DNA of 64,000 nt, taken from NCBI GenBank assembly GCA_002495885.1, contig DAHG01000033.1, positions 18,477 through 82,476 of the forward strand, in the 5' to 3' direction. Positions within the stretch are counted from its first letter, which is position 1. Each line of letters opens with the position of its first letter. Shown in pieces: positions 38,644 through 46,915 of this stretch. The translations under genes and the position numbers were made by a program. Source of the DNA: Methanocellaceae archaeon UBA148 (GTDB lineage Archaea > Halobacteriota > UBA148). Under the pieces are notes generated by a model. It had not been told where the DNA came from. It saw only the letters and a program-made list of their open reading frames with translations, and did not search any database.

Positions 38644-39575
38644 AAAGAAGCTTAACACTGAGGTTCGAGAAAATTCAAGATTTGAGGTATGGGGAGAATG
38701 CACATCAAAAAGCAGTCTTCTACCGGGACCCAGATTTCAAGGGGGCATGCGTAGCCAACGCAATCCAGCTCCATGGAAAGATGCTGTCATTTAACAACAT
38801 CGTTGACCTGGATGCCGCCCTAGAGTTCGTGAAGGAATTCGAAAGACCTGCGGTCGCGATAATAAAGCACACCAACCCGTGCGGCACTGCGTGCAGTGAC
38901 AATATCACCCATGCATATAAGAAAGCGCATGCATCAGACCCTCTTTCTGCCTTTGGAGGCATCATTGCATTGAACAGAGAATGCGATCTTGAGACTGCGA
39001 AAGAAATCACATCGACTTTTGTAGAGGCAATAATAGCCCCTAGTTACAGTGACGATGCCCTAAAGACATTAAAGCAGAAAGAGAATTTGCGGGTACTGGG
39101 GGGGGGCGATCTTACCAAAACGACCGAGAAGGACATGAAAAAAGTCGTTGGCGGGCTCTTAGTTCAAGATAGGGATATGCTGGATGTAAGCAATTTGACG
39201 ATCGTGACAGAGCAAAAGCCAAGCGAAGAGGAGATGAAAACGCTATTGTTCGGTTGGAAGGTTGTTAAGCATGTAAAATCCAACGCAATAGTGCTCGCCA
39301 GCGATGAGCAAACAGTGGGCGTCGGTGCGGGCCAGATGAGTAGAGTTGATGCCGTCGAGATAGCAATAAAAAAAGCAGGTGAGAGGGCACAGAGGAGTTG
39401 CATGGCATCGGATGCCTTCTTCCCCTTCAGAGACGGAATAGATGTGGCAGCCAAAGCTGGTATTACAGCCATAATCCAGCCCGGCGGGTCTATCAGAGAT
39501 GAAGAGGTTATTCACGCTGCAAACGAGCACAACATTGCAATGGTTTTCACCGGAATGCGACACTTCAAACACTGA
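38640..39575 (+). CDS. purH: AICAR transformylase (PurH transformylase domain only, no IMP cyclohydrolase domain)
   Basis: Starts at the LRYGENAHQ motif that opens the AICARFT domain and ends ...[13 protein letters not shown] overlap with purN. Confidence 0.85.
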   Translation: MKRSLTLRFEKIQDLRYGENAHQKAVFYRDPDFKGACVANAIQLHGKMLSFNNIVDLDAALEFVKEFERPAVAIIKHTNPCGTACSDNITHAYKKAHASDPLSAFGGIIALNRECDLETAKEITSTFVEAIIAPSYSDDALKTLKQKENLRVLGGGDLTKTTEKDMKKVVGGLLVQDRDMLDVSNLTIVTEQKPSEEEMKTLLFGWKVVKHVKSNAIVLASDEQTVGVGAGQMSRVDAVEIAIKKAGERAQRSCMASDAFFPFRDGIDVAAKAGITAIIQPGGSIRDEEVIHAANEHNIAMVFTGMRHFKH

Positions 39576-39584
39576 GGATTTTGC

Positions 39585-40799
39585 ATGGCGACCAGCGATG
39601 AAATTGTCAGCATGGGCGATTCATGCCCCCCGAAGATTATGGGCGTTATAAACCTGAGCGAGGAATCCTTTTACAAGGGCTCTATAGTCAGTGGAGACGA
39701 GGTAAGTAAAAGAGCGTCCACCATGGTCGAGGATGGCGCTGAGATGATAGACGTAGGTGCTCGATCTACTGCCCCTGGCGTTAGACAAATTTCAGTTCAA
39801 GAGGAAAAAGAAAGACTATTAACCGCCTTAAAAGATGTTGTAGACCTCGATGTGCCCATATCTGTGGATACACAATACTCAGATATAGCTGAGATGGCGC
39901 TGAACATGGGCGCATGCATGATAAACGATATCAGTGGATTAAAAAAAGATCCTCGCATGGCAGAGGTCATATCTGACTTTAACGTGCCAGCGATAGTGAT
40001 GGCATCCAAGATAAAACCTGGCGATCGCCTTACATTTCCCGAGATCGTAGCATCTTTGGTCGATAGTATCGCATTGGCCGAAGGGACGGGGATAAGCAAG
40101 ATCATCATTGACCCTGGCATTGGCAGATGGGTAAAAGAAAAGACCTACGAGTACAACCTAGCTATCATAAGCGGTCTTGAAAGGCTCCTAGTACTTGGAA
40201 AACCCGTCTTAGTCGCCATATCACGCAAATCCTTTATCGGAGACATCTTAGGCATAGCAGAGCCTTCTGATCGGTTAGCTGGCACCTTAGCATGCACTGC
40301 CATCGCCGTTTATAAAGGAGCGCATATAGTGAGAACACATGACATAAAGGAGACAAGGGAGATAATCAGAATGGCAACAGCTATACGAGGAAAACAGATC
40401 ATGATTGACAATGGAGATTATCAGGTCGTCAAGATCGATTACCTGAAAAACCCAGAAGATTCAGTCGAGCTGATGAGGTCTCTTGATGTGACTGAGACTG
40501 GCACAAAGATAATGGGGGAAAAGACCGTGTCTCGGGTCATGCTCATCAAAAACGTAACAGCGCCAGAGGCTCTGATCATAAAACAGGAAATGCTCGCCAA
40601 GGGAGGGGATGCAGCCATACCCATGGGAGTGATGTCCGGCGAGATAAAAAGAGCGGATATCGCCGTCATCGGCACGATATTACAAATCAACGACGTGATA
40701 AAGAAGTTAAAGACACAATCTTTCAACCTGCCCATAATAAGCAACTTGATCAGAGATGCACTTGAAAAGGAAAAGGACGTAAAATATCTTTATGGGTGA
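39585..40799 (+). CDS. folP: Dihydropteroate synthase-like pterin-binding protein with an extra ~135-aa C-terminal domain
   Basis: MGVINLSEESFYKGS, DVGARSTAPG, INDISGL and VRTHD motifs in the first ~265 aa. The C-terminal extension (about 40380-40796) has no motif I recognise. Confidence 0.75.
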   Translation: MATSDEIVSMGDSCPPKIMGVINLSEESFYKGSIVSGDEVSKRASTMVEDGAEMIDVGARSTAPGVRQISVQEEKERLLTALKDVVDLDVPISVDTQYSDIAEMALNMGACMINDISGLKKDPRMAEVISDFNVPAIVMASKIKPGDRLTFPEIVASLVDSIALAEGTGISKIIIDPGIGRWVKEKTYEYNLAIISGLERLLVLGKPVLVAISRKSFIGDILGIAEPSDRLAGTLACTAIAVYKGAHIVRTHDIKETREIIRMATAIRGKQIMIDNGDYQVVKIDYLKNPEDSVELMRSLDVTETGTKIMGEKTVSRVMLIKNVTAPEALIIKQEMLAKGGDAAIPMGVMSGEIKRADIAVIGTILQINDVIKKLKTQSFNLPIISNLIRDALEKEKDVKYLYG

Positions 40800-41572
40800 A
40801 ACGCTTGAAAAAGATGGTGCTATACTCTCTCAAGACCCCGATAATTAGGCCTGGGGATGATATTGTAAAAGTGATGCTGAATGTGTTGGAGAGGGAAAAG
40901 TTGCACTTAGAGGATGAGGATGTGATAGTGATCGCAGAAAGCGCAGTTGCCACTTCCCAAGGCAGAATAAAAAAACTAGATCGCGTGAATCCGTCTGAAG
41001 ATGCGATGAGAATTGCTAAAAAATATGATCTCAATCCCAAGATCGTAGAAGTCGTTCTCCAAGAAGCCAACGAGGTATATGGAGGATCGAGAGGCATATT
41101 GTTAACCAAGAAAGAGGGATTATTCGTTGTCAATGCAGGTGTGGACTGCTCCAATGCTCCCGAGGATTGTGTTGTACTGCTGCCAAAGGATCCTCAAGAA
41201 ACAGCAGATAGGATACGAAAGGATGTCGAAAAGAAAGCCGGAAAGAGGATAGGAATAATCATAGGAGATAGCAGGGTTATTCCACTTAAAAGAGGGGTAA
41301 TCGGCGTTGCACTTGCAACTGCAGGTATAGAGCCCGTAGAAGACTGCAGGGGAAGGGAGGATATATTTGGAAAGAAACTGAAGGTGACATTTAGGGCGAT
41401 AGCTGATGATATGGTTTCTGCAGCACAAATCCTCATGGGGGAAGCCGATGAACAAACTCCAATGGTGCTCATAAGGGGCGCCCCAATTAAATTTACGGAA
41501 GAGCCGCAACAAGAGATGTGCTTACCACCAGAAGAGTGCATATACATGAGCGTCTTTCAGCTAAGACCTTGA
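40796..41572 (+). CDS. CofE-family (F420-0:gamma-glutamyl ligase-like) protein
   Basis: IRPGDDI, VIVIAESAVATSQGR, VVNAGVDCSN, LLPKDP, IIIGDSRVIPLKRG and MGEADEQTPMVLIRG match the CofE pattern. 4-nt overlap with the folP-like gene. Confidence 0.7.
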   Translation: MKRLKKMVLYSLKTPIIRPGDDIVKVMLNVLEREKLHLEDEDVIVIAESAVATSQGRIKKLDRVNPSEDAMRIAKKYDLNPKIVEVVLQEANEVYGGSRGILLTKKEGLFVVNAGVDCSNAPEDCVVLLPKDPQETADRIRKDVEKKAGKRIGIIIGDSRVIPLKRGVIGVALATAGIEPVEDCRGREDIFGKKLKVTFRAIADDMVSAAQILMGEADEQTPMVLIRGAPIKFTEEPQQEMCLPPEECIYMSVFQLRP

Positions 41573-41776
41573 ACATTCTTTTTGCATCTTCTTACCGTAG
41601 CGTAGAATGATCTTTATTAATTAGCTAAGATCGTGTCAATTTTAGTTGGAATTCACCTTTTAGAGGTAATAAGGTTCTTTATAGTACAGCATAGGATTAT
41701 TCATAACGGAATGGATATTTATTATTTATATATCATCAGGTCAATACCCACCTTAGTAGATAGAATAAATACAAGC

Positions 41777-41849
41777 AGCCCGGTGGTGTAGTGGTCAATC
41801 ATACAAGGCTCTGGACCTTGTGACTGCGGTTCGAATCCGTACCGGGCTA
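41777..41849 (+). tRNA. tRNA-Gln(CUG)
   Basis: Acceptor AGCCCGG/CCGGGCT, anticodon stem CAAGG/CCTTG with loop CTCTGGA, T-loop TTCGAAT, discriminator A. Folded by eye. Confidence 0.85.
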
Positions 41850-41926
41850 TTGGTGTGTTGGTTTGGTATACGAACAGCGGAAAACTTATAGGTAATTAAG
41901 GGCAAATAATATAGAGAGGATTTAGT

Positions 41927-42151
41927 TTGTTCCCGAATGACAAGGTTAAAAGCTTAATTGGCTCAAAAGTTCAGATCGAGATGAAAGGCGAAAAATTTAC
42001 ACTTGAGGGCACGTTGGAAGTTGTAGATGACTACTTGAACCTCCATTTAATAAATACGACAGAGATCGTAGACGGAGAAAGAACAAGAGCCCTGGGATCG
42101 GTATTGGTACGCGGAAACAACATCATCCTTGTAAATCCAGTCAATGAGTGA
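41927..42151 (+). CDS. Sm-like archaeal protein (SmAP/LSm)
   Basis: LIGSKVQIEMKG...GTLEVVDDYLNLHL...VLVRGNNIILV Sm1/Sm2 motifs. TTG start behind AGAGAGGA. Confidence 0.8.
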   Translation: MFPNDKVKSLIGSKVQIEMKGEKFTLEGTLEVVDDYLNLHLINTTEIVDGERTRALGSVLVRGNNIILVNPVNE

Positions 42152-42575
42152 GATGGTTATGAAAGGTTGGACCGAAGATGAAATCAAGCTGCTTAGAAGG
42201 CACGCTTTATCATCAAAAGACGAATTAATAAAAGTGTTTCCCGACCGGTCGTGGGCAAGCATCAAGAAAAAAAGATCAAGGATTATCAAGACAAGAAAAC
42301 TCCCGGAATGGTTTTCTTTTGACCTGCTCAAAGACAAAACAATAGAAGAGTTGGCTGAGGAAAAGGGACTTAACACAAGAACTATTCATAGAATTATCCA
42401 AGCAGGTGGCAGATCAGTAAAGGATTTCAAGAAATCTCCTTATTCAAAATACGAGTTGATGATGGCAGATGGCATGTTCTCTCCATGCGTTTGTTGCAGT
42501 GGAGGGGAGTGTGTGCCAGAATACTGCAATAATTTGGATAAATGGATCCAAGCCTTGATGGAAAGCCTTTGTTAA
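42144..42575 (+). CDS. Myb/SANT-like domain protein with a Cys-rich C-terminus
   Basis: GWTEDEIKLLRRHALSSKDELIKVFPDRSWASIKKKRSRI resembles a Myb/SANT repeat. C-terminal part CVCCSGGECVPEYC. 8-nt overlap with the SmAP gene. Confidence 0.45.
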   Translation: MSEMVMKGWTEDEIKLLRRHALSSKDELIKVFPDRSWASIKKKRSRIIKTRKLPEWFSFDLLKDKTIEELAEEKGLNTRTIHRIIQAGGRSVKDFKKSPYSKYELMMADGMFSPCVCCSGGECVPEYCNNLDKWIQALMESLC

Positions 42576-42741
42576 GGTGGTGGGTTTTACCGCCTTTTCT
42601 GCATCTTTCTTTAGCGTTCTCCGTCTCCCAAGGAGAGCGTATCATAGATAGGCTCCGTATTAATTAATCTAATCACAATCCCTATGCCAATGCACTAATA
42701 CCGATTAAATCCTGGTCGCTATGTTGGTGCAACGGAGTCCA

Positions 42742-43770
42742 TCAGGCGCGTCCCATATTAAACCGTGAGATGGCCGTGGCCGCATTTTTGAGTAATTTTA
42801 GAGCGAACTCTTGATGAACGAATCCGCCCAGACCACAGTCAGGACCGGCATATTTTATCCTGTTACCAAATTTCTTGGATGCGCTTTCGAGCCTCATCGT
42901 TATGATCTTTAGACTCTCGATCTCGTCGATCATCTGATACGCTTTACTTGTATCTCTCCATATATCAATTCCAGTCGCATCCCTATATTCAGCTGCCATA
43001 GCATCTATATCAGTTCTAGCGATGCCAACGCGTAAAAACTTATCATACTTGTCCAGATCGCTCTTCGATATCACATCCAGACTGCCTGGTGTCGATGCGG
43101 ACTCAATGCCAATGATGTTTATGCCCTCCACCCCATATATTTTCTCAGCCTCCAAGGGAGAGTGAAGATGAATTTGCATGTCCATTCCTTTTGCTGGATT
43201 GGATACTTGCTCTAGAGCGGTCAGCAATTCGTCATCCTCTATTATCAATTGGGGGTCGACTCCCAGACTGGGTTCATCTATACATATGACCCGCGTTTCA
43301 AGATGTTTTTTTCTCAGAATGCAATTTTTCACGAAATGGGACAAACTTTTTGTCAAACTCTCTAACACGTCAGCATAGATTACAGGTCCATAGCCCCTGA
43401 TATGCAGTTCTACCGGCCCTGTAATGCAGACCCTTATGCCCAATGCCTCGCCCGATGCATCATGATGTTCCTTTGCAACAGCCTCTATGGCACTGAGTTC
43501 GTTGATCTTCGCTTTGCCCTCTTTAATCACCAGGGGCTCATCACCCCAGTTCTCTGGATTTGTTATAGGCTCCAAAAACTGAGAGATCATATCTTGTAGT
43601 TGCGGATATGTTAGAACTTCAATTCCAGATAACATTTTCATTCGCATGATATCCTGCACCAATCGCTCATACCGATCAGGATCGCTGGTCAGCATCTTCC
43701 CTATGTCCTGTCTTGCCAAACCCTTGGGAAACGGAAAACTTCCTATGTCATCAGATGTGATGTGCTCCAT
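42742..43770 (-). CDS. Cobalamin-independent methionine synthase-like protein (short archaeal MetE type)
   Basis: ICIDEPSLG and a C-terminal GPDCGLGG zinc-ligand motif. ~340 aa. Confidence 0.6.
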   Translation of the reverse strand: MEHITSDDIGSFPFPKGLARQDIGKMLTSDPDRYERLVQDIMRMKMLSGIEVLTYPQLQDMISQFLEPITNPENWGDEPLVIKEGKAKINELSAIEAVAKEHHDASGEALGIRVCITGPVELHIRGYGPVIYADVLESLTKSLSHFVKNCILRKKHLETRVICIDEPSLGVDPQLIIEDDELLTALEQVSNPAKGMDMQIHLHSPLEAEKIYGVEGINIIGIESASTPGSLDVISKSDLDKYDKFLRVGIARTDIDAMAAEYRDATGIDIWRDTSKAYQMIDEIESLKIITMRLESASKKFGNRIKYAGPDCGLGGFVHQEFALKLLKNAATAISRFNMGRA

Positions 43771-43782
43771 TTTGGCCTCCCA

Positions 43783-44748
43783 TCAGCGAAGATAGATGTG
43801 CTCGAAATCTTTGGTGTATATCCACGGGTCTTCTGTTTCGGCCTCCTTCTTAAGACGGAGGCAGTAGTCTATCTTTGCATCGCATTCGTCTGCATGATAT
43901 ATCGCAAGGGCTTCTGGAAATTGCGGTTTCTTCGGCGATCCGTATTCGTTATGTCCATGATGGCTTAGGAGGATGTGTGCCAGCTTCAGTCTGAGGAGGT
44001 CCGGGAAATTCTCAAGCCTTTCTATCCTGTCCAGCACCATCTGCTCCCCCATTATCAGATGACCTCTCAGCATTCCTTCTTCGGATATATCTATGCTTGT
44101 CGTTACATCATACTCTTTTATTTTCCCTATGTCATGGAGTATCGCGCCAGTCAAAAGCAAGTCCTTGTCCAACGAGGGATGAAGGATATAGATCGAGTTA
44201 CATAATTTGACCACATTCAGCGTGTGCTCGATTAATCCGCCAATGTAATTTTGGTGTCTATGCATGGACCCGGGGCAATTCTTGAATTTCTCGACGAATT
44301 CCGGGTCATCGAAAAAGGAATGCAGAAGAGACTTCAGGTGCGGATTCTTCACAAAATCGACGATTTCCAGAAGTTCCCGCATCATCTGATCCATGTCTTT
44401 GCTCGTTTTCGCTACAAAATCACCTATATCGTACTCAGAGGGTTCGCACCTCCTTATAGTGCTCGTTGTATCCAGGGCTATCTCCAGTCTTTCTCTGAAT
44501 TCGCTAACTCTACCTGTGATGTGGATTATGTCGTTCGTTTGGAATCTCTCGTAGATTTCCTTTACCTGTTCTTCGTTCCTGTCCCCCCAGTACTTTGCCG
44601 TGATCTCACCGCTATTATCGCCAACCCTAAACTCAAACCAAAACCCAGAGGTATATTCTCTTGGTGGTTTTTTGTACTTGACCGCGAAGATGCTATCCAC
44701 GTTGTCCCCCACTCTTAGGTCTTTGACGGACTGATTTTTGTTCACCAT
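43783..44748 (-). CDS. OB-fold + HD-domain phosphohydrolase (YhaM-like 3'-5' exoribonuclease family)
   Basis: N-terminal OB-like region, HRHQNYIGGLIEHT, AILHDIGK and SHHGHNEYGSPKKPQFPEALAIYHADECDAK. Confidence 0.75.
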   Translation of the reverse strand: MVNKNQSVKDLRVGDNVDSIFAVKYKKPPREYTSGFWFEFRVGDNSGEITAKYWGDRNEEQVKEIYERFQTNDIIHITGRVSEFRERLEIALDTTSTIRRCEPSEYDIGDFVAKTSKDMDQMMRELLEIVDFVKNPHLKSLLHSFFDDPEFVEKFKNCPGSMHRHQNYIGGLIEHTLNVVKLCNSIYILHPSLDKDLLLTGAILHDIGKIKEYDVTTSIDISEEGMLRGHLIMGEQMVLDRIERLENFPDLLRLKLAHILLSHHGHNEYGSPKKPQFPEALAIYHADECDAKIDYCLRLKKEAETEDPWIYTKDFEHIYLR

Positions 44749-44834
44749 ATTTTCTCGCCCACCAGTTCACCTTTCTTTATTCATCTTTTCAGTTTAGATT
44801 AGTTTAGATTAGATTAAACATCAGTCTTTTGATA

Positions 44835-45443
44835 CTATGACAGAAGTACGCATTCATCACATTTATGCTTGTTACAAAATTCTTTCCCATATTTGACAAT
44901 CAGAGCATGGAACTCTTTGAATAGAGTTATGTCTTGGGGCAATTCGCTCTCGAAACGTTCCTGCAATCGATCGTATCCTCCTGATACGCCCAAACAATTA
45001 CAAATGCGAACGGTGTATGCATCGATGACGAATTTCGGCCTATTCAATGCATAGAGGATGATGCTATCTGCCGTCTCCTTTCCGATGCCCTTTAGTGAAA
45101 ACAGCTCGTTCCTTAGATCGCCAATAAGCATCTGAGATATCAAACGGTTTTCAGCAAAATACCCTGAAGCAATCTGGAGCCTTTCTGCCTTTTGCTTGTA
45201 GAACCCGGTGCATTTAACCAGTGACTCCAGTTTTTCCCTATCGACCTTGGCGAGGGCATCAGGGTCCAGCAGATTGTGCTCCTTCAGATTATGAATCGCA
45301 GTTTCCACATTCTCCCACTTCGTTCGCTGGGTCAGTATGGCTCCAACCACCACTTCAAAAGGGGTTTCTGCTGGCCACCATTTCTGTTCTCCTAATTTCT
45401 CCAGAAGTTTGTTGTAAATTTCGATCATCTTTGTAGACTGCAT
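44835..45443 (-). CDS. Endonuclease III-related HhH-GPD protein
   Basis: AILTQRTKWENV, LKGIGKETADSILLY-type HhH and a C-terminal Cys cluster. Confidence 0.75.
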   Translation of the reverse strand: MQSTKMIEIYNKLLEKLGEQKWWPAETPFEVVVGAILTQRTKWENVETAIHNLKEHNLLDPDALAKVDREKLESLVKCTGFYKQKAERLQIASGYFAENRLISQMLIGDLRNELFSLKGIGKETADSIILYALNRPKFVIDAYTVRICNCLGVSGGYDRLQERFESELPQDITLFKEFHALIVKYGKEFCNKHKCDECVLLS

Positions 45444-45531
45444 GAAGTATCGATAGTTTTCTAGTTTACATGCCTATTAAAATAGATGTTAATATGGAGT
45501 TTGATTTTTTCCTATCAAAATTAAATTTTTT

Positions 45532-45680
45532 TTTACAAAATTGAACAAAAATTTGCAAAATTGAATAAGTAAACTTGTAAATTTTACAAAATTTACAAAA
45601 GTAAACAAATAAGTTTACAAATTTACAAGCTTTACAAGTTTGAATAAGTAAATGAATAAGTAAATCTGCAAAAAAAAAAA
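45532..45680. repeat. Iteron-like field: 6 copies of TTTACAA (plus TTTGCAA and an inverted TTGTAAA), 3 copies of GAATAAGTAAA, then an A11 run
   Basis: TTTACAA at 45532, 45583, 45592, 45614, 45622 and 45631. GAATAAGTAAA at 45563, 45642 and 45654. A11 at 45670-45680. Confidence 0.7.
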
Positions 45681-45692
45681 TTCAAGTTGAAC

Positions 45693-46604
45693 TTATGCAT
45701 ATTTCGATTTATATTTTGAAAGTAATAACAGAATTATTTCAATGGCTATATTTCTAGAAAGTCTGAAGTAATCTTTATTTGAAACAAAAGAATGCCCCCC
45801 TTCTGCATGTAAGATATTAATAAAGCTATCTATTAAACTATTATCATTATCCGAAAGCTCTAATTTTATTTTTAGATATTTCCTGATTCTTCCCATATTT
45901 CCTAAATTTTCATATTTAGGTATGTCTTCGCTTTCTAATGAAGCAATTTTTCTAGCTAGGTCTGTCAAAATATCTTGCATAAAAGATCGTAGGTTACTAA
46001 TCATACCAGATGAAAGTATTTCATCATCAGTATTGATGAATTTGTCAATTTCAGTCAATAATATGTTATATTTGTTGTCAAAATCAAGGTAGTTTATTAT
46101 TTCTTGAACTTGCTCTTTGTCTCTATTAATTTCTATGTTTATTCCTTTAATATCTTTTTTTAATAATTCATATCCTTGACTTGTGATTTTTGAAATTATA
46201 AAACTTTGATATTCATCTCCTACTTGGTAAATTCCTGTACTCAGTTTTTTTACTGTAAATAATAATTTAGATAACTCTTTAACATTAAAGTAACTATAAT
46301 CCTCCATAATAATATCTTTAATTAATTTTAAAATACTTACAGAACTATCTTTTCTTTTACTTAAAGCAAGTATTGCCTCGTCAATAAAATTAAGCCTTAT
46401 TAAAGTATAAAAAGCTAAACTAGCACTACTACGATCAACAGATTCTGGTTGTAAAGTTATATAATCAGACATTATCTGAACAAAATGCTTTTTCATACCG
46501 CTATCTAAATTTAAAAAAATATCAATTAAAGTATCACAATGTTCATAAGATATGGATTTTTTAGTATTATCACCTACCAATTTCCAAGTGTTTTTTTCGT
46601 CCAT
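45693..46604 (-). CDS. Orphan 303-aa protein in an A+T-rich island (possible Abi_C/HEPN-like C-terminus, speculative)
   Basis: Long uninterrupted ORF in very A+T-rich DNA. The C-terminal ...ISNLRSFMQDILTDLARKIA...FINILHAEGGHSF loosely resembles abortive-infection C-terminal modules (from memory). Confidence 0.5.
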   Translation of the reverse strand: MDEKNTWKLVGDNTKKSISYEHCDTLIDIFLNLDSGMKKHFVQIMSDYITLQPESVDRSSASLAFYTLIRLNFIDEAILALSKRKDSSVSILKLIKDIIMEDYSYFNVKELSKLLFTVKKLSTGIYQVGDEYQSFIISKITSQGYELLKKDIKGINIEINRDKEQVQEIINYLDFDNKYNILLTEIDKFINTDDEILSSGMISNLRSFMQDILTDLARKIASLESEDIPKYENLGNMGRIRKYLKIKLELSDNDNSLIDSFINILHAEGGHSFVSNKDYFRLSRNIAIEIILLLLSKYKSKYA

Positions 46605-46915
46605 TAAATCAGCATATTCTTTGGAAAAATAATCTCTAAATATGCGTTTAAATCTTCCACATCCATGTATTTATTTAGTGTCGATAATGATGTAATAAGC
46701 TTTTCTTAAAAGTGGCAATTTATAATTAAATATAAATTCAATTAAATTCACTTCTATTGAATTTCTCTCAAGCATAAGCACAATTAAAACAAATTGAAGA
46801 ACACAACTCCATTTCTTTTACAGCCTTCTTTTTTCCCTAATTTTTGTTCTCCGGACATTTTCTCACACTTATACTTATATTATGAATATATTAAATATCT
46901 AGTGAGGATAAAATA

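Noticed and set aside
38640-39575. purH as a 5'-truncated pseudogene, because it lacks the IMP cyclohydrolase domain.
   Set aside because: It starts with an ATG in an ATGA overlap with purN, exactly at the beginning of the transformylase domain, and is otherwise intact. Stand-alone AICAR transformylase is a normal archaeal arrangement.
45532-45680. CRISPR array interpretation of the repeat field.
   Set aside because: The repeats are 7-11 nt, irregularly spaced and partly overlapping, with no 25-40 nt repeat/spacer periodicity. No cas genes are in the window.
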